Of a DNA stretch of 8,637 bases, positions 8,101 through 8,637 are shown in pieces. Location: positions 1-8,637 of the forward strand of contig JAQGDQ010002210.1 in the NCBI GenBank assembly GCA_030141605.1. The letters are read 5' to 3'. The notes beneath the pieces are model-generated. The model was not told where the DNA came from, searched no databases, and worked only from the letters and a program-made list of their open reading frames with translations. The first letter of the stretch is position 1. The number at the start of each line of letters is the position of its first letter. This stretch comes from Tubiluchus corallicola (lineage: Eukaryota > Animalia > Priapulida). Both the position numbers and the translations under genes were made by a program.

Positions 8101-8114
8101 AAAAGGGAAAGAGA
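8101..8114 (+). promoter_or_regulatory. Polypurine tract (plus-strand primer)
   Basis: AAAAGGGAAAGAGA, 14 purines directly abutting the TG of the 3' LTR. Confidence 0.92.
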
Positions 8115-8274
8115 TGTCATGTATTGATAATACTGCGTATGAATACCATAGTAGTGCGGATGGTTATAAGTTGTTCGGTTTATGGCCGCGAGGCATAATA
8201 GATTAAACTTGTTTCTTATTAGATAAACGAAGCCCATTTCGTGTTTAAAATAATAAAGAATTACAAATATAACA
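8115..8274 (+). repeat. 3' LTR (160 bp)
   Basis: Direct repeat of 3836-3995 with three substitutions (3908A/8187C, 3959A/8238T, 3982G/8261T); AATAAA at 8252-8257. Confidence 0.97.
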
Positions 8275-8637
8275 GCGATGACACAAAACGCCTTATGGTA
8301 AATGAAATTAATGGCCAAATTCATTTCGCAATTAGGTACCTTACGAACAGCTCAAACGGCTTGTGAGGAGTGTAACGCGGATTATGGCTGACGGCTTACG
8401 GCGATAGGAAGAAAATAACAAAAGGATTATCTGTTGACAGGGACCATTAGTTAGCATACGTTCATTTTTCATGAAGCGGCTTTTTCTCCTCACGGCTTAT
8501 GCTATAGAGTCTTATAACCAATGCACTTTTCTGTGTATGGGAACTGTCTGGATATTTCGTCATAAAAGATAGGCATCTGATAACCTGGATGGTTAAAATT
8601 AGGTATAGACAGTTCAGCCACTCGCCTGATTACAGTC

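Larger units (their letters stand above)
3836..8274 (+). mobile_element. Ty3/Gypsy LTR retrotransposon, Mag-like lineage, 4,439 bp, both LTRs present
   Basis: Two 160-bp TG...CA LTRs, PBS, PPT and a single ORF with domain order Gag-(PR remnant)-RT-RNaseH-INT. Short LTRs, a single ORF, two CCHC knuckles and a TGGCGACGAG PBS fit the Mag group. Confidence 0.96.

Noticed and set aside
3827-8324. Similar minus-strand ORFs 3827-4063 and 8079-8324 as a duplicated small gene
   Set aside because: The similarity comes entirely from the two LTR copies.
8431-8454. ctgttgacAG as acceptor for the next ACOX exon
   Set aside because: The required phase-1 frame reaches a stop within a few codons and lacks the expected VGDIGPK motif.

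Overview
Eukaryotic, AT-rich, probably invertebrate genomic DNA. The left part holds three internal + strand exons (1115-1278, 1738-1845, 2543-2662) of a peroxisomal acyl-CoA oxidase (ACOX1-like) gene with GT-AG introns. The intronic DNA contains a CA/CG microsatellite, a ~62-bp minisatellite built from ~16-bp subunits, and probable decayed transposon remnants. After the third exon lies a 4,439-bp Ty3/Gypsy (Mag-like) LTR retrotransposon at 3836-8274, in the same orientation as the gene. It has two 160-bp LTRs differing at 3 sites, a tRNA-Ser-type PBS, a polypurine tract and one uninterrupted 1275-aa Gag-Pol ORF. Main oddities: the ORF lacks the catalytic half of the aspartic protease, there is no target-site duplication despite near-identical LTRs, several conserved residues look CpG-deaminated, and the ACOX exons have non-canonical residues in conserved motifs. 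I see no convincing evidence for a wholly new biological system. All family assignments come from recalled motifs, not database searches.
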